Source: Lingula anatina (Eukaryota; Animalia; Brachiopoda). From it: DNA of 64,000 nucleotides. The notes below the pieces were generated by a model. It made no database searches. It had not been told where the DNA came from and saw nothing but the letters and a program-made list of their open reading frames with translations. The position numbers were made by a program, and so were the translations under genes. The DNA lies in assembly GCA_051362555.1 (NCBI GenBank), contig CM120640.1, positions 6,572,001 to 6,636,000 on the forward strand, given 5' to 3'. Of this stretch, positions 51,401 to 64,000 are shown one piece after another; the first letter of the stretch is position 1, and each line of letters starts with the position of its first letter.

Positions 51401-54400
51401 GGTACAAATGGTTATGTAAGAATAATCTGTTACCTATGTATACATTTTGTCAATAGTTAACCTCAAAAAATATCAGACAAGGCAAAAACCATTAATAATT
51501 AAGGCAATTTTTCAAAAATTATTCTTCATCAAAACATCAAAACTTCATCAAACATCAAATTAATTTCTACATCCTAAATCTAGCCAAATAGATATACATT
51601 GTGTCATATTCCATACATAAATACCTACAAACTGGCATTTTCAGAGTCATTACTGTCACATGGGAATCTATTAGTGTTATTCAGCAAACACTTACTCTTC
51701 CTTATCTCAATGGCTTCTATACATTGCAGTTTACATGAAGGCTATGAATTTTTAAAATGTCTAGGGCATTACCATTACAGAATATCTGTTAATCACAGTG
51801 ATTTTAAAGCGTTCACAGTAAGGTCTAACCTGTTCCTGAAGTTTCTGGTTCTCTGCCTGTAATTTCTGCAAGTGTCCTGCAGTGGCTGTCTTAAGAGTGG
51901 CGTTCTCATCCCCCAGGTCCTGCGCCCTCTTCTCCGCCTTGCTCTGCTCAAGGGCTGCCGTCTCATTGGCTTCCTGCAGATCCTGGATCTGGCTCTCTAG
52001 CTCCTCTGAAAATAAAAAAAGTTATCATTATAGGACATAGAATACTCTACATATATGGTAATTATTAAATTTTGAAGTTTAATTTAAGAAAATTCTCAAA
52101 AATAATGTCAAAATGATAGTAAAATTTACAGAAAAACTAGACATGCAACACTGCACTGTCAATGGATGATGTCAATTTCAGAAGTAAATTCAATATGTAC
52201 AAAAGTTAACCTGCCATACAGTAAATATATCTGCAAACCCACCTATTTTCCTCTGCAGTGCATATGGATTGTTTGGACTGTAGTTATCCAAGTGCCCAGA
52301 CTCTCCGCTGCCATCCCTGGGTCTGTCCCCTTGACTTTTCTCCAATTCCTGCTTTAATTTCCACACCTCTGTTGCCAAGTTTTCTTTCTCTTTCAGCAGT
52401 TCATCAAATCTCTTCTCCAGCTGTTAAGAATACAAAGGTAATAAAAAAACTTGATTATTTTTTTACATAAATGAGTGCAAAGTATCTACAGCTAGCAACC
52501 CAGTATATCATAATATCATGACAACAGTAATCTTTGTGGTATCTTTTCTAACACCTCTAACCAATACAGTACACAAACAACGTGGTAAGGTTTTATGATA
52601 ATGTGATGGAACTATATCAAGTTCAAATTGTAACAAAATAGAGGTAACTTTATTCAATGCACTTAGTATCTTTGATTGCATATCACTACTGCTGTATCTG
52701 ACGTGAAGTTTTCTTCAGAAACAAGTCATGTTTCTGGCTGCTCTGTGTATTTAGAAGTAAGAAGAGATCCTTAAAAGAGCACATTTCAGTTCAACCAAGT
52801 AAGCTATAACTGTTTTAAGAGTATGTCTGGTATTCCTCAGCTCTATGACAAGGTCTTGAACTTGTACTAAAAGCTGGAAATGTGGCATTGTAACTGAAAC
52901 AATATAAAACCTGGCACTGGCACAAAAACAGAGCAACTCGGTTTCACTGCCCCATGTATACACATTTTCTAAACCCTGATAATACCAAGGGATCAAAGAG
53001 TCACACTATAATGTGAGGGTGAACTTATCATTGCATATACACTCAAACAGAGGAACAAACCACACAGTAGAAGATAAATATTTTGACAAGTCTTCTTACA
53101 TAATGTGAGAACAGATCTGTTGTAAAAGAAACTGTTCAACTGCGAATGTTTACCTTTTAGTGCCTATTATATACCATGTTTATTACAAAATAACCAAAAA
53201 CAATAACATAGTCTTGGAGTCTATAGCACAGTCAGTGGCAGACAGATCTCTAGAATTCTTGTGACCTTTATCGTAATTCCCCAGTAAAGCAGCTTACACG
53301 AAAGATACGTCATAATCTTAATTTAGCAAAAGATTCTAATAATCTTCAAACATTTAACACACATTACTCCTTCACAACATGCAACTACCTGTTAAGCAAT
53401 GTGAACTTACCTCATCTGGTGAGTTACGAGGAGAATTTTTACTATCCTTTGACTTGTATTTCTTTGACCGTCGGAACATTTTATTTATCAATGCCATTTT
53501 TCTTATGGCTGCATCAACTTGTTTCAATATCCATCACCTTTATCTCTGACACACTTCTGCACCATCAATTTATCAAGATTGCTTCAACAATCTAATATCT
53601 CCCCTCTGCAAGATAGGGGCTCAGGCCTGCCCGCCTGGCTGTAATCTGGCATAAGCTTGGTGCAATTTACTTATAAAGCAGTCCCCCGTCTTTAATGCTC
53701 TCTGTTGCTATACTCATGCTTGACTGCCTGCATGCTACAGCTGTATTACTCAGTAATCAAACACGCCATACAATGTAGAAAATACGCTAAGTTTACAATG
53801 GTTGAAAGTGAAATACAGGGAGGTGTATTGATCGCGACCCTTGAATGCCTACCTCTAGTATGTAAGATTTGCTTTTCAAGAAATTAACATATGAATTTAT
53901 TTCAGTTTATTTGTTTACAGTGTGTGCTCCTACTGCAGAAATTATTTGCATCTTATCCTTAAATCTAATGGTGTTTAGGTGAAAGGTGTGTCCTAGCGTA
54001 CTTTTTGGGGGTATCCAGGAAAGAATGTCAAACTAATTTTTTTTCTTTTCAAATTATATTTCAACACTTAATTTGTTTTCATGCTGTATCTTTGCATCTA
54101 TTAACATTTTGTCATTGGCAGCAGTATTAATAATATAATTTTATATTTACAATACTTTTAATATAATCTTAATTAGTTTACTCCTAAAAATTACCCTTTG
54201 TCATTAAATTCTAAAAATTATTTTGAGAACATCATTTTAATCATGTATCTTTACAGGTTCAAACACATGTCCATTGTCAGCTTTAAGAAAATGGCACTTC
54301 ACGAAGTATTCCAATTTCTAGTTACATCTGACTACCCTTTTAACAACAGCATATACCATTCTACTTTATCCCACAGGAAATAATCCAATCCATCCAGCAA

Positions 54401-57400
54401 TCCATCTAAATAAGTAAACCTAATAGCAATTGGCAATAAAGACAAAAGCTTTCTGCTATTCATTAAACATTCATACCTGTCCAAGACCAACCCCATTCAA
54501 CCTTTGTTTCGCCAACCGCAGCATTTCTGCTGGAGATTTCATATCCCCTGATGCTGGACATTTCTCATCTCCTGTTGTATAGTCCTGACCACCTTGTAAC
54601 TGAGTGCTGTAAAACCCAGTGATGAACAACTCCCATATTGGCAGAACTTCTTCAATTTTCCCAACACTGACTTCACAGTCTTTACACACCAGAGAACTGA
54701 CAACTGTGTCCGGTGTCACCTCTGTGCCGACGATGTCTGCAATGCGACTACACAGGCTCTTTCCGCCAACAGGTGCCCTCCTGGGAGACCTCGGTGACAC
54801 TTTCTGAGGGAATATACTCTTGTATGTGCGAACCTGAAGCAGTTCCGTCCCACATACCACACACAGCCTTCCCCTGTCCTTCTTCTCCATATCTGACACT
54901 TTCCCAGGAGTGCTCAGTATCTTTCAAACATCCAGATTATATGTCTAGTCTACCTCAGTATCAGGTAAGTGCACCGGCCTCCCTCTGCCACATACCCATG
55001 TCACCTAGTTCTCTGCCACTCTGGCAGAGATGTGGCTCTTTGAAGAGAATATTTCTTAACAAGTGGTCAACAAACATTACATCATGCCTGCTTATTATTT
55101 AAACAGCATAATGGAATTGTATCAATAGGAAATCAATGCGGCACAACTGGAACTGAAGGACTTGGAAATAATCGGTGTTTGGTTACCCTGAGTCTCAAAT
55201 AGCTATATCCATTCATTAGCCTGCAATTCACAGGGTGGAGGTTATGCAGATATATATTTCATAGGTAACCTATATTGTTCATGCGACGTAGTAATTTAAT
55301 CAATATTAACCTAACTGGACGCCAATCAATTATGTCAATCAAGATTAATGTACAGTCTCTTCAGGTGTGTTCCTTAATGTGATTACATTCCAATTTTCTA
55401 TACATCTGATTGATCTAATTGAAAAATAACATGATGTTGCAGTTCTTGTTTTTGAGGCAGCTACATGTACTTATCTAATTGCTTCTGGTGGTAATCAATT
55501 TACATAAAAACACCTTCATCTGAGGCATTAATACATACAGTACTCAGATAATGCTAGGCAAAGAAACACGAGCTAACAATTTCGAGAAAATGTGACAAGG
55601 ACTAGTTTCACAATTATGGGCATTTTATAACTAACTCAACTATTTGGTACCAAGCATCACTGGGGTTTTGAGGTGAAAAGGAAAAATGCACCATAAAATG
55701 CACCATTGGTGACAAAATATTCTTGACAAATAACCAAACTTTTGAATAAACCCACAGCAATATACAAGCTTGAGACCTGTTACCTTTTCCATGGATGCTC
55801 TGAGATATCCATTCTCCCACTGTTCACAAGCAGCAAGGTAAACAAAATACTATTATTTATCATATATGATACATGTCCAAACAAAATATTGTATAGTCTT
55901 AGCTGAAACTAACAAATGACTGAAAATGAGACCTTTTCAAATCGTCAACACTGACATTCTTCCCTGTTACCAGAATCTTTTCAGAAGAAATGAGATCATC
56001 TGCTTGAAATCATGAAAATTGAGGCAATTTTTGCATCATTTTGATATATCAACTTACCTCCTTCCTGTCATCACCATGGTGATAACCAGATGATTCTTGT
56101 CCTCCTGCTCTCTTCATAGTGGACAGTTCTGTCTTCAAGTGGCCATTTTCTTGTGAAAGTTCTGCAATGTCTGTCTGATATCGCCTTGCCTCCACGTCAC
56201 GGTCAGCTAAAAGTTTCTTCAAAGTGGCCACTGTATCTTCCAATTGCTGGACTCTGTTATAATCCTAGAATGATGACAGCACTTTTATTATCAGAAAGTC
56301 TTGTGGGAGTATTTCATGCTATCTTTGGGATATTTCATGCAATTTCAAATATTTCCACTCTCCTGCAGCAATGGACAAGATGTAATCAAGGTACAATGAA
56401 TTATATATAACCAGTGACAACTAACTCTCTCACTGCCCAAACACATTTCATCTTGGACATCACAATAATATATACTCAATTCTTTCACCTAAGCAAATAA
56501 ATACTGAAATAAATTCTTCTCTGAAATGGATATGTTCAAATTTGAAAATGCATATTAAAACCTTTAATGGTTTTTTTCCTCTAAACCTACGACTTATTCC
56601 CAGCGTTGATGGGTGTATAGACATAATAAATGTTTACAATTTATTTTTTATCTACATTATGAATGTCTGCTCTTATCTGAACAAATATCCTGCTATCTTC
56701 AAAACCAAAATATATCTGTTGTGATACAACTCATATTTTTACTTGATCCTACCTGCTATCTCCCTTATACTGTGAGAGTTAATACTAGTGCTCAATGTTC
56801 ATATAAAAGGTCCTTTATGTTTAGGAAAAATGGCAATAAAATGTTCTTTTAAGATACTTGGTAAAATACGTATTACTGTATGTCTTTGTTCAAGCAGTTA
56901 CGAAACATATAATTAACATCAGCCATATTATCACCAGTACACCTGAGCTCATTAGCACCTGAGGAACCAATTTCCAGTTCTTTAATGACAAAAGAGACAC
57001 AGCAGGTCTAATATTAAACAAGGTCATCTGAAATTATGCCTTGATCAATGCAAGGAGTATTACAGCTTGTAAGTTTTCTCTGTGAGCTAACTTCAGTATC
57101 TTTAGCCTCATTAGCAGACTAAGAACACTGATAATTGCAGGTGTGAGCTATGCCTCATTGCAGCTTATCTTCACAGCATGTCTCACCTGTCACAGTCATA
57201 GACCAATAATACTGGAAAGTGGGGAAAAATATAAGCATCACCATCTCAATTACCAATTCTATTTGTTTCATGGGATAATGCATAGGTCTCTATTCTGATG
57301 GAATTCTTTTACCTTCATATTAAAAGCGTGCATTTTTGCCTTGGCATGAATTCCTCTCACTTGATTTTATCTTCCTGTTTATGGTACTACCAAAAGCTAA

Positions 57401-60400
57401 AAAGCTAGTACGTTTTCATTTCTGTAATTATTCTCAGTACTGTCTGTTTTATTAGTTTTAAAAACATTTCATCCTATGTTTATTTACTAGAACATTTAAG
57501 GCAATTTATTTTTCTAGTTGGTGAATAGATCAATGAAATAGTCACTGAACATCATATAAGATCATGATGTCATTTTTTTTTCAAAATACTTGCAATTTTA
57601 TTTTTCTCTTTTTGCCTGATTGCCTTGAGTAATATAAAACTATCAATCACAGCCTTGTCTAGGATTCCTTCAGCATCATTCAAATCTCACTCACCGGAGA
57701 GATGGACAATGTAGTTTCTTCGAAATAAAAGTTAAGACCAGAGTTATCATCTCCCATAACTTATATAACAAATATAATAATAATTATATTGTTTTCCTTA
57801 CCTACCAAATTATTTTAAAATCTTGCCAGCACCTGTATCTTACCTCTCGGCTGTGTGCCGTCTCCTGGTTCCCATTGGCAACAACAGGTGTAGTTGTCCT
57901 GGAGCTGCTGCGGGATGAGGGGTGTGGGGACATGGGCGTGGTCCTGGTGGTCACCAGGGGACTCATCACAGGGGGTTGTTGGCCTAATGACCTTGGAACT
58001 CTTGAGTAGCTATCAGGGGTCAGGCTTCTCTTGTCCTGCTGTGTGAGGCGCTGTGATGTAGGCATGGGAGGAAGGCTGTGATAGCTGGACTTCCTGTGGA
58101 CCTCCCCAGGATCTTCTCGGCTGTTGTGACTGGACTTGGAACCAGCTGGTGATGTGCGATCGCGATCATGCTCCCTGCTCTGGTCCTGATCCAAGCTCCT
58201 GTGTTCCAGACTGGGCCTCCTCTCCCTACCATTGGAATGAAATACCTGGTTGAGCTCTTGCTCGCTGCTGTAACTGCCCTGTCTACTGACCTGCCTACTG
58301 CCTGACTGACTATGAATACTTCCACGATCACTCTGATGGCTGCCTCGCTCGTATTCCTGGCTATGCTGGCTCCCTCTATCACTGTAATGACTAGATCGTT
58401 CACGATATGATCCACTTTCATCCCTGCCTGCTCCGCGGCTACTAGTGCTACTATGCCGACTGTATTGTTCCAAGTTATCCAAAGCATCTTGGCTGCCTCT
58501 ACTTCTGCTATGGCGACTGCCTTCTCCGTTGTCTACATTACGAATATCATTTAGTCCACCATTATACAGTTTGTCTCCTCCAGTATGTAGTTTGTCAGTT
58601 ATCAAATCCTTAGGAGCTCTTTCACGATAAGAATCTCTGCTACGTAATGAATCCACAGATCCACGATCCGATATATCTGATTTTAGAGAGTAAGAGTCCT
58701 CTTTTGTCCACGATGGCTCACCATGCGTCATTTGATGGCGCACTAGTTCCTCGTAAAGTCCTGAGCGCTTTATAGCACTGCTGGCTCCCTGGGGTTCCTC
58801 TGGCTTGGGCTCCATGTCCTGCTGTAGATGACCATTCAGTAATCCATTGACAGGTGTCTCCACTGTATTTACTGAACTTTCTTCAGAACCTGGATTAAAA
58901 AAAAATGTCAGAGATGTTTACTACTGTGCAGAAAATCAATGAAAGAATCACATTTCCTCATAACCTGAAAACTGGTTCATGAACATATTGGCAGCATTTC
59001 AAAAATGGCTCTACTAAAAGTGCAGCTATGCTAAATTTTCATTTCAAAATGATTGTACTAATGAACCATCTTACACACAAAAAACAGTGTGATGAAATGT
59101 GTTAATATGTAATACAGTATTATGTTCCCTTCCAATGTCGTGTACTGGTAACTAGCTACCTAGTCAACATATCTTAAGTAGGTGGCGACCTCTAATACAG
59201 ATGTCACATGTCACAGAAAGCCATCTAACACCGATATTACTGATATTAAACTTCAGTATAATGAACAAGCTTTCTAATTGTCTGCCTCACAGCATAATGC
59301 CACTGTTCTATAAAAAGCTCCAAGACACTCGTATATGTTAATTAAGAACCTTAATCCTTACTGTATTTCAACCCAACAACTGCAAGATAATATTTGAGTG
59401 GCACATAACAACAAGGACACTCCAGACCTATTGAGATGCATTACATATACCTCTCATAATAACCCTAATACCGGCATAATGCTCCTTTCTTCAAAATCAA
59501 TTACCACCTTGTTATTTCATGGATGATTAGGAGCACATTGACCAATATAATATCATTAAGGAAGGTCAACCATACATCACAGAATGATATTATTAAAATG
59601 AACATTGACAGTGCTTATTATTCAACATTTTTAGAATTTTAGATGGCTGTCTGTTAAAAAAATTAATTTAAAATGCGATAGTAGTAGTTACACCTATCTT
59701 AATATAGCATCACAATCACACCATTTACAGTATATCACAGATTCAAAACTGATGCAAACATGAATCTGACTGAAAATTATAGCAGCAATAAATCAAAACT
59801 TCCAGATTAACTGTCAATTTACACAATGATAATTCGGTTACATTATGTTTAGTGTTAAGAAAGAGCAAACACCGAAGGTTACAAACACTTTACCAAGTGT
59901 GCTGGTTTTGACTGGAAGGCATGGAGCTCATTATTCCCCTGAAAGAATGATAGCTTCAACTCTATCTCAGATTTGTAGAGAACTGTATAAGCTTTATCAA
60001 ACACAACCTATAAACCAGGACTAGTCACATTATCAAAATGAAGTCAAGCAGTTGCCAATGTAAACAGATATGGCTGCCTGTCTCACTGGTCTTTCCAACT
60101 GATACAAACACATAATGTATTACAAATGTTAAGTTCTCTGAGGCCATCTTGCTTAAGTAACTATATTTCTCAAGTTCACGTTTTGACTGAGCTATTTTAA
60201 AATCTTGAGTGCAGCAGTTAAGTGCCTCTAACCATAGAGGCCGCACTGTATCCAAGCTCCCTCAAGCCATACTGCACTTGAAAACTAATGCAGCATATGA
60301 AAGCAACTGGTGAGCATAAAACTCATCATGACGTTCTCAAACATACTTACCACTGACTAAAGCCACATTCAGTGCTATACTGGTGACAAGATTAATAAAT

Positions 60401-62883
60401 TTTCACCTGCTCCAATGTTTAAAACTATGGACCTCCTGACTGCCCGGCACCAGGCTGTTGACTCTACTTACATCTAGGAGTAAACTTCAAATTTGATTAA
60501 GCCATAAAATATTTACCTGCTCAAGATTAAATGTGTTATTCTGTGTTGGCGGCCCACAAGTTATCTTTGTCGGGGAATCATAACAAAATGACAGAGAAGA
60601 ATGGTCAGAAAAACATACCTCCAGCACGCTTCTTGGCCAGAATGTTGTTACTTTCTCTTTATTCTTCCGCTCAAGCCTGTTTGACTAAACGTTACATTCA
60701 AATGCATGAATGGCGCTCGGAGCCCCATAAACAGTTTCAATCAATCCGACTATTTACCTGATTTGAATACCCAGTTATTTGCATATGAATTTCAAAGGTG
60801 ATGGGTTATATGTTCAGGTCTAAGCTAATAACAGGACTTACAATTAAACTGTACTTTGTTATGCACTTCAGAGCCACCAATTTGTCAATGATAAAATGGC
60901 CAGGTTTGGCAGGTGCACTGCATGCCTAACTTTATGTGGAGGCATTTGGCTTTTGTTTTCATCTAAAATCTTTCCTGTCCATTCTTCAGTTACTAGTCCT
61001 GGTATTTATTTCAGAGTCTAATCAATGAATCATATTTCAAGTTGATTTTTGCCCACGTGTTGTTGCAATCCATGGATAATCCATGATCACCGTTTTAAAT
61101 GGTCCTTACTACAAAACCTTTTTACTGAAGTCCAATAATGTTTGTCTATAGGAAATCATTCTCTCAGGTTACCTTGATGAACAAGATAAATAAAATGGTT
61201 TCACATTCATACAAGTCTGCAAAAAGACAGGTTTTGTTTCTTTTCAATCTTAAACAAATATTGATAAATATTAAGAAAAGTTGATCTTATTTCCTGCAGC
61301 TATATTTTCTCCAGAATGAGCTTAATAATGTATTGTCAGTATGTATTACACTTCTTTTAACAGAGTCAAAAAGACTTAAGTATGCCAAATAATCAATACA
61401 TTTATAAGCTTCCCTTTACACAGGTGACAAATGAAACAGAAAACCACCTGTCTTCAAAATCCAATAATCCAAAGAACAATAACATGTCCCTGTCTGTCAG
61501 CCATCAAGGTCTTTGTCTCCTATATACTTTTGGCTGGGTTTGACCGAAGTGATCACCACAGAAAATCAATTTGGTCACAATACATACTCCAGTTGCTTCT
61601 ATTTATAATGGAGTACTACAAGAAAATAGCTATAAACTGCTCAGTGGCAAATCAATGAAGTAATCAAATGTCCATGTTCCCAGACTTCATTGACACCCTG
61701 TTTACCTAAAAGAAACAGGTCTATCAAAATTGCCTCCATACTAAATTATCATAGAACTGAGAAAAAAAACTCAAGTAGATTTTAATCTTTTTACATAAAA
61801 TAAAACACATAAATAATGAAAGTGAAAAGAAATTAACATATCTCAACCAACAAAAGATTAAGAATTTACATTTTTTAAGTAACAATTCTTTAATACGCAC
61901 TATTTTCTTTCTTCTCCATGTGGCCACCCTTAGTACTCTTATCAACTCTACCATTACAAATATATACATCACCTACAGATTTAAAGTGTATTTTTAATAA
62001 TTTGTGTAAGGCAAACACTGTCCCACACTGATTAGCCTTTAAGACAGTGATCCATCATGATAACCTGCTGATAATTGCTAGGTTAAAGAGGAGAACTTCT
62101 ATAAACTGGCTTAAGAATATGAACTGAGTTATAACTGACCGATGTTCCTGGCAACACTACCTGTAGAGAAACTCAGTGTTATCTTATATCACTGCTGCCA
62201 TGAGTACACATTCTTTGACAGTATTTTTGAAAGCCATGATTGCACAGACATTTTTTATTTCATCAACTTTTAAAAAATATGCTGCTAAATAGCATCTAAC
62301 TTCATTCAATTCATTTAAAGTATCATCAAACTAAAAAGGGTTGTTAAAAAATAAATTTTTATTGCAATACCTTCTTTTACTTCCAGACTAACTTCAAATG
62401 TGTAGGATCTGACATCAAACTTTTCCAGAGGATAAGTTTTATCATCCACCATCAACTGGCTCACATATGCTCCCACTGGCACCTTGACATAGTCAGACTC
62501 ATACAACTCCTTGCTCTTACTCCAACGCAGGCAAACAGGCTGGTCCTGCAATTAATCAGTCTTATCAGTCTTCCTAATAGGAAAACACCCTCGTACTTAC
62601 TTCATTTATTTCACCTTAAGTATATATAATTAGCAACATCTCACTTTTTTATCACATCAGAAAAATTCTAGGTCACAACATATTCACATGCCTAAAAGCA
62701 ACTTTTCTTGATAAAAGAGTAATATTGTGAAAGAATTCTGAGACATTTCTAACATATTTATCTATAACTTACCCTATCAAAAGCACCCAGCAGGAAAACT
62801 TCTACAGCTTTTGTTTCAACAGTCCGTGGCCAACGAAACTTGCAGTTTGCTTCAATTACAGGTGACATATCCACCTCTGTCAT
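45404..62883 (-). CDS. Coiled-coil protein with a C-terminal CAP-Gly domain; long isoform has an N-terminal AMPK-beta-like CBM domain
   Basis: Exons 62883-62773, 62545-62371, 58889-57844, 56264-56058, 52420-52243, 52005-51830, 51230-50984, 50406-50260, ~50088-49963, 49775-49707, 48035-~47844, 47098-46862, 46579-46456, 46120-45936, 45716-45671, 45467-45404. CAP-Gly core GLVKFIGHLPGRNDTYVGVELENEEGKHDGTFEDKRYFRCKPNKGVFV. Heptad-rich middle exons. The 5' end may extend upstream. Confidence 0.85.
48127..48213. repeat. Perfect 43-bp tandem duplication in an intron
   Basis: ATCATACTGCCAAGGTAAGTTCCATGGGGTAAAATATATTTGT twice. Confidence 0.9.
48765..49680 (+). repeat. 32-bp G-rich minisatellite, about 28 units, intronic
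   Basis: Consensus GAGGACAGGTAGG(G/A)TACAGGCAGGGTGTTAAA. Confidence 0.95.
53411..53497 (-). CDS. Putative alternative first coding exon of the CAP-Gly gene (short basic N-terminus)
   Basis: ATG...MALINKMFRRSKKYKSKDSKNSPRNSPDE ends at GAG/GTAAGT, phase 0, compatible with the exon starting at 52420. Confidence 0.6.
54477..54890 (-). CDS. Putative alternative first coding exon of the CAP-Gly gene encoding a ZAD-like C4 zinc finger
   Basis: MEKKDRGRLCVVC...YKSIF...LCSRIADIVGTEV...SSLVCKDCEVSVGKI. Ends at CAG/GTATGA, phase 0, compatible with the exon starting at 52420. Confidence 0.65.
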
Positions 62884-64000
62884 ATTCCTCTGCTATTTTG
62901 CACTATTATAAAATAATAAATCAAAATTATTGAATGATAACATCACAAAACCAATGCAACATGTCACTGCTTTCTTCAGGCAAAAAAAGGGTTTGTGTGC
63001 AGAATTGATATAAATCTATGATATTTGCTATGTAAATATAATAATAGATGCAGTATATTCTTGATACTTCACTGATAAGGAGTTATTTGTTGGCGAAGTG
63101 GATGAAAGCAGAGTAGTACTAATTATTTTTTTTCTTTGCGTTAGAACACAAACCATTAAAAAAAATAACATAAATGAAAGATCTGTTTCAAAACATGGTA
63201 TGTCGTTTACAATAAAAAATCGGAACTGGAAAGGAAAGTCTTCATGTTTACACATATATATTTTTATATATGAGGATGTGACTTGTTATTTTTTTCTTTA
63301 GGTTGATGGGTAAATAATATGATTTATACCTGGTCATTATCATAGTAACAGTTGAGTTCTAAGTTACCATTATTCCATAAACTTATTTATTTATCTATTT
63401 GTTCACTTATTATAATGCCATTGATTATTGCTCTCTAATTTGTCTCATTATTATCATTAATCATGTTTTTTTAATCTTATTTTTGTTTATTGTTGTCTTA
63501 ACTTTTTACTAGTATCATGCTAACAAAATGATTTTTCTCAGCTAATAAATATTGAAACCACCTTTGCCTAAATTGAATAACTTAATAGGCTAGTGTCCAG
63601 TTTCCCTTCCCTTCAAAGCAATGCCTGGCGTGTGTAATGAATGACTTCAAGTTCAAGACTCACAATCCCAAGGTCTATTGATCAGAAGATTTTTAAAGTT
63701 TGTTCAAAAGTTCAATATTATACACCATCCTGATCAGAAAAATAAGATGGCAACATTTTCTGCAGATACTGTCATTCATACTGAATATCTCTAGAGAGTC
63801 CCATGATTCTATGTTGCAACTGGCCTTCAACCCATAATTCTTTTAAATGCAATTTCTGTCTTATTTCAACCTACTAGTATGAACCCTTGGGCATATCAAC
63901 CTGCAAACTGTCATCTCAATACTTGGTCCCGAGATCTTGATTTCAAATCAGAGATAACCACAACCCAATTTTTTCTAATGGGGTTGACATCAGTGACAGA

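Noticed and set aside
59894-60700. Candidate extra exons of the CAP-Gly gene (59938-59894 and a donor near 60619)
   Set aside because: Splice-like signals are present, but the frames contain stops or mismatch the phase-1 acceptor at 58889. Could be non-coding alternative first exons.

Overview
AT-rich, intron-containing animal genomic DNA, probably from a bivalve such as an oyster (inferred from gene content and repeat types, not proven). I read the spliced genes by hand. Left to right: squalene epoxidase (SQLE, minus strand, runs off the left edge) head-to-head with uridine-cytidine kinase-like 1 (UCKL1, 15 exons); a 15-exon class II xylose isomerase (minus) head-to-head with a PEX39/C6orf226-like KPWE gene; three orphan genes with intronless CDSs on the plus strand, two sharing an ungapped C-D-V-L-G-x3-C-x-D-C-x5-R-H-F-x8-[FL]PN motif; and a large minus-strand coiled-coil/CAP-Gly gene that appears to have three interchangeable N-termini (an AMPK-beta-like CBM domain, a ZAD-like zinc finger, or a short basic peptide). 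UCKL1 intron 12 has grown from about 170 bp to about 11 kb through nested and tandem Helentron-type non-autonomous elements. These carry 146-bp satellite arrays with 4-mer higher-order structure and an internal MITE. Exon boundaries come from GT/AG signals and reading-frame continuity and have not been checked against transcripts.
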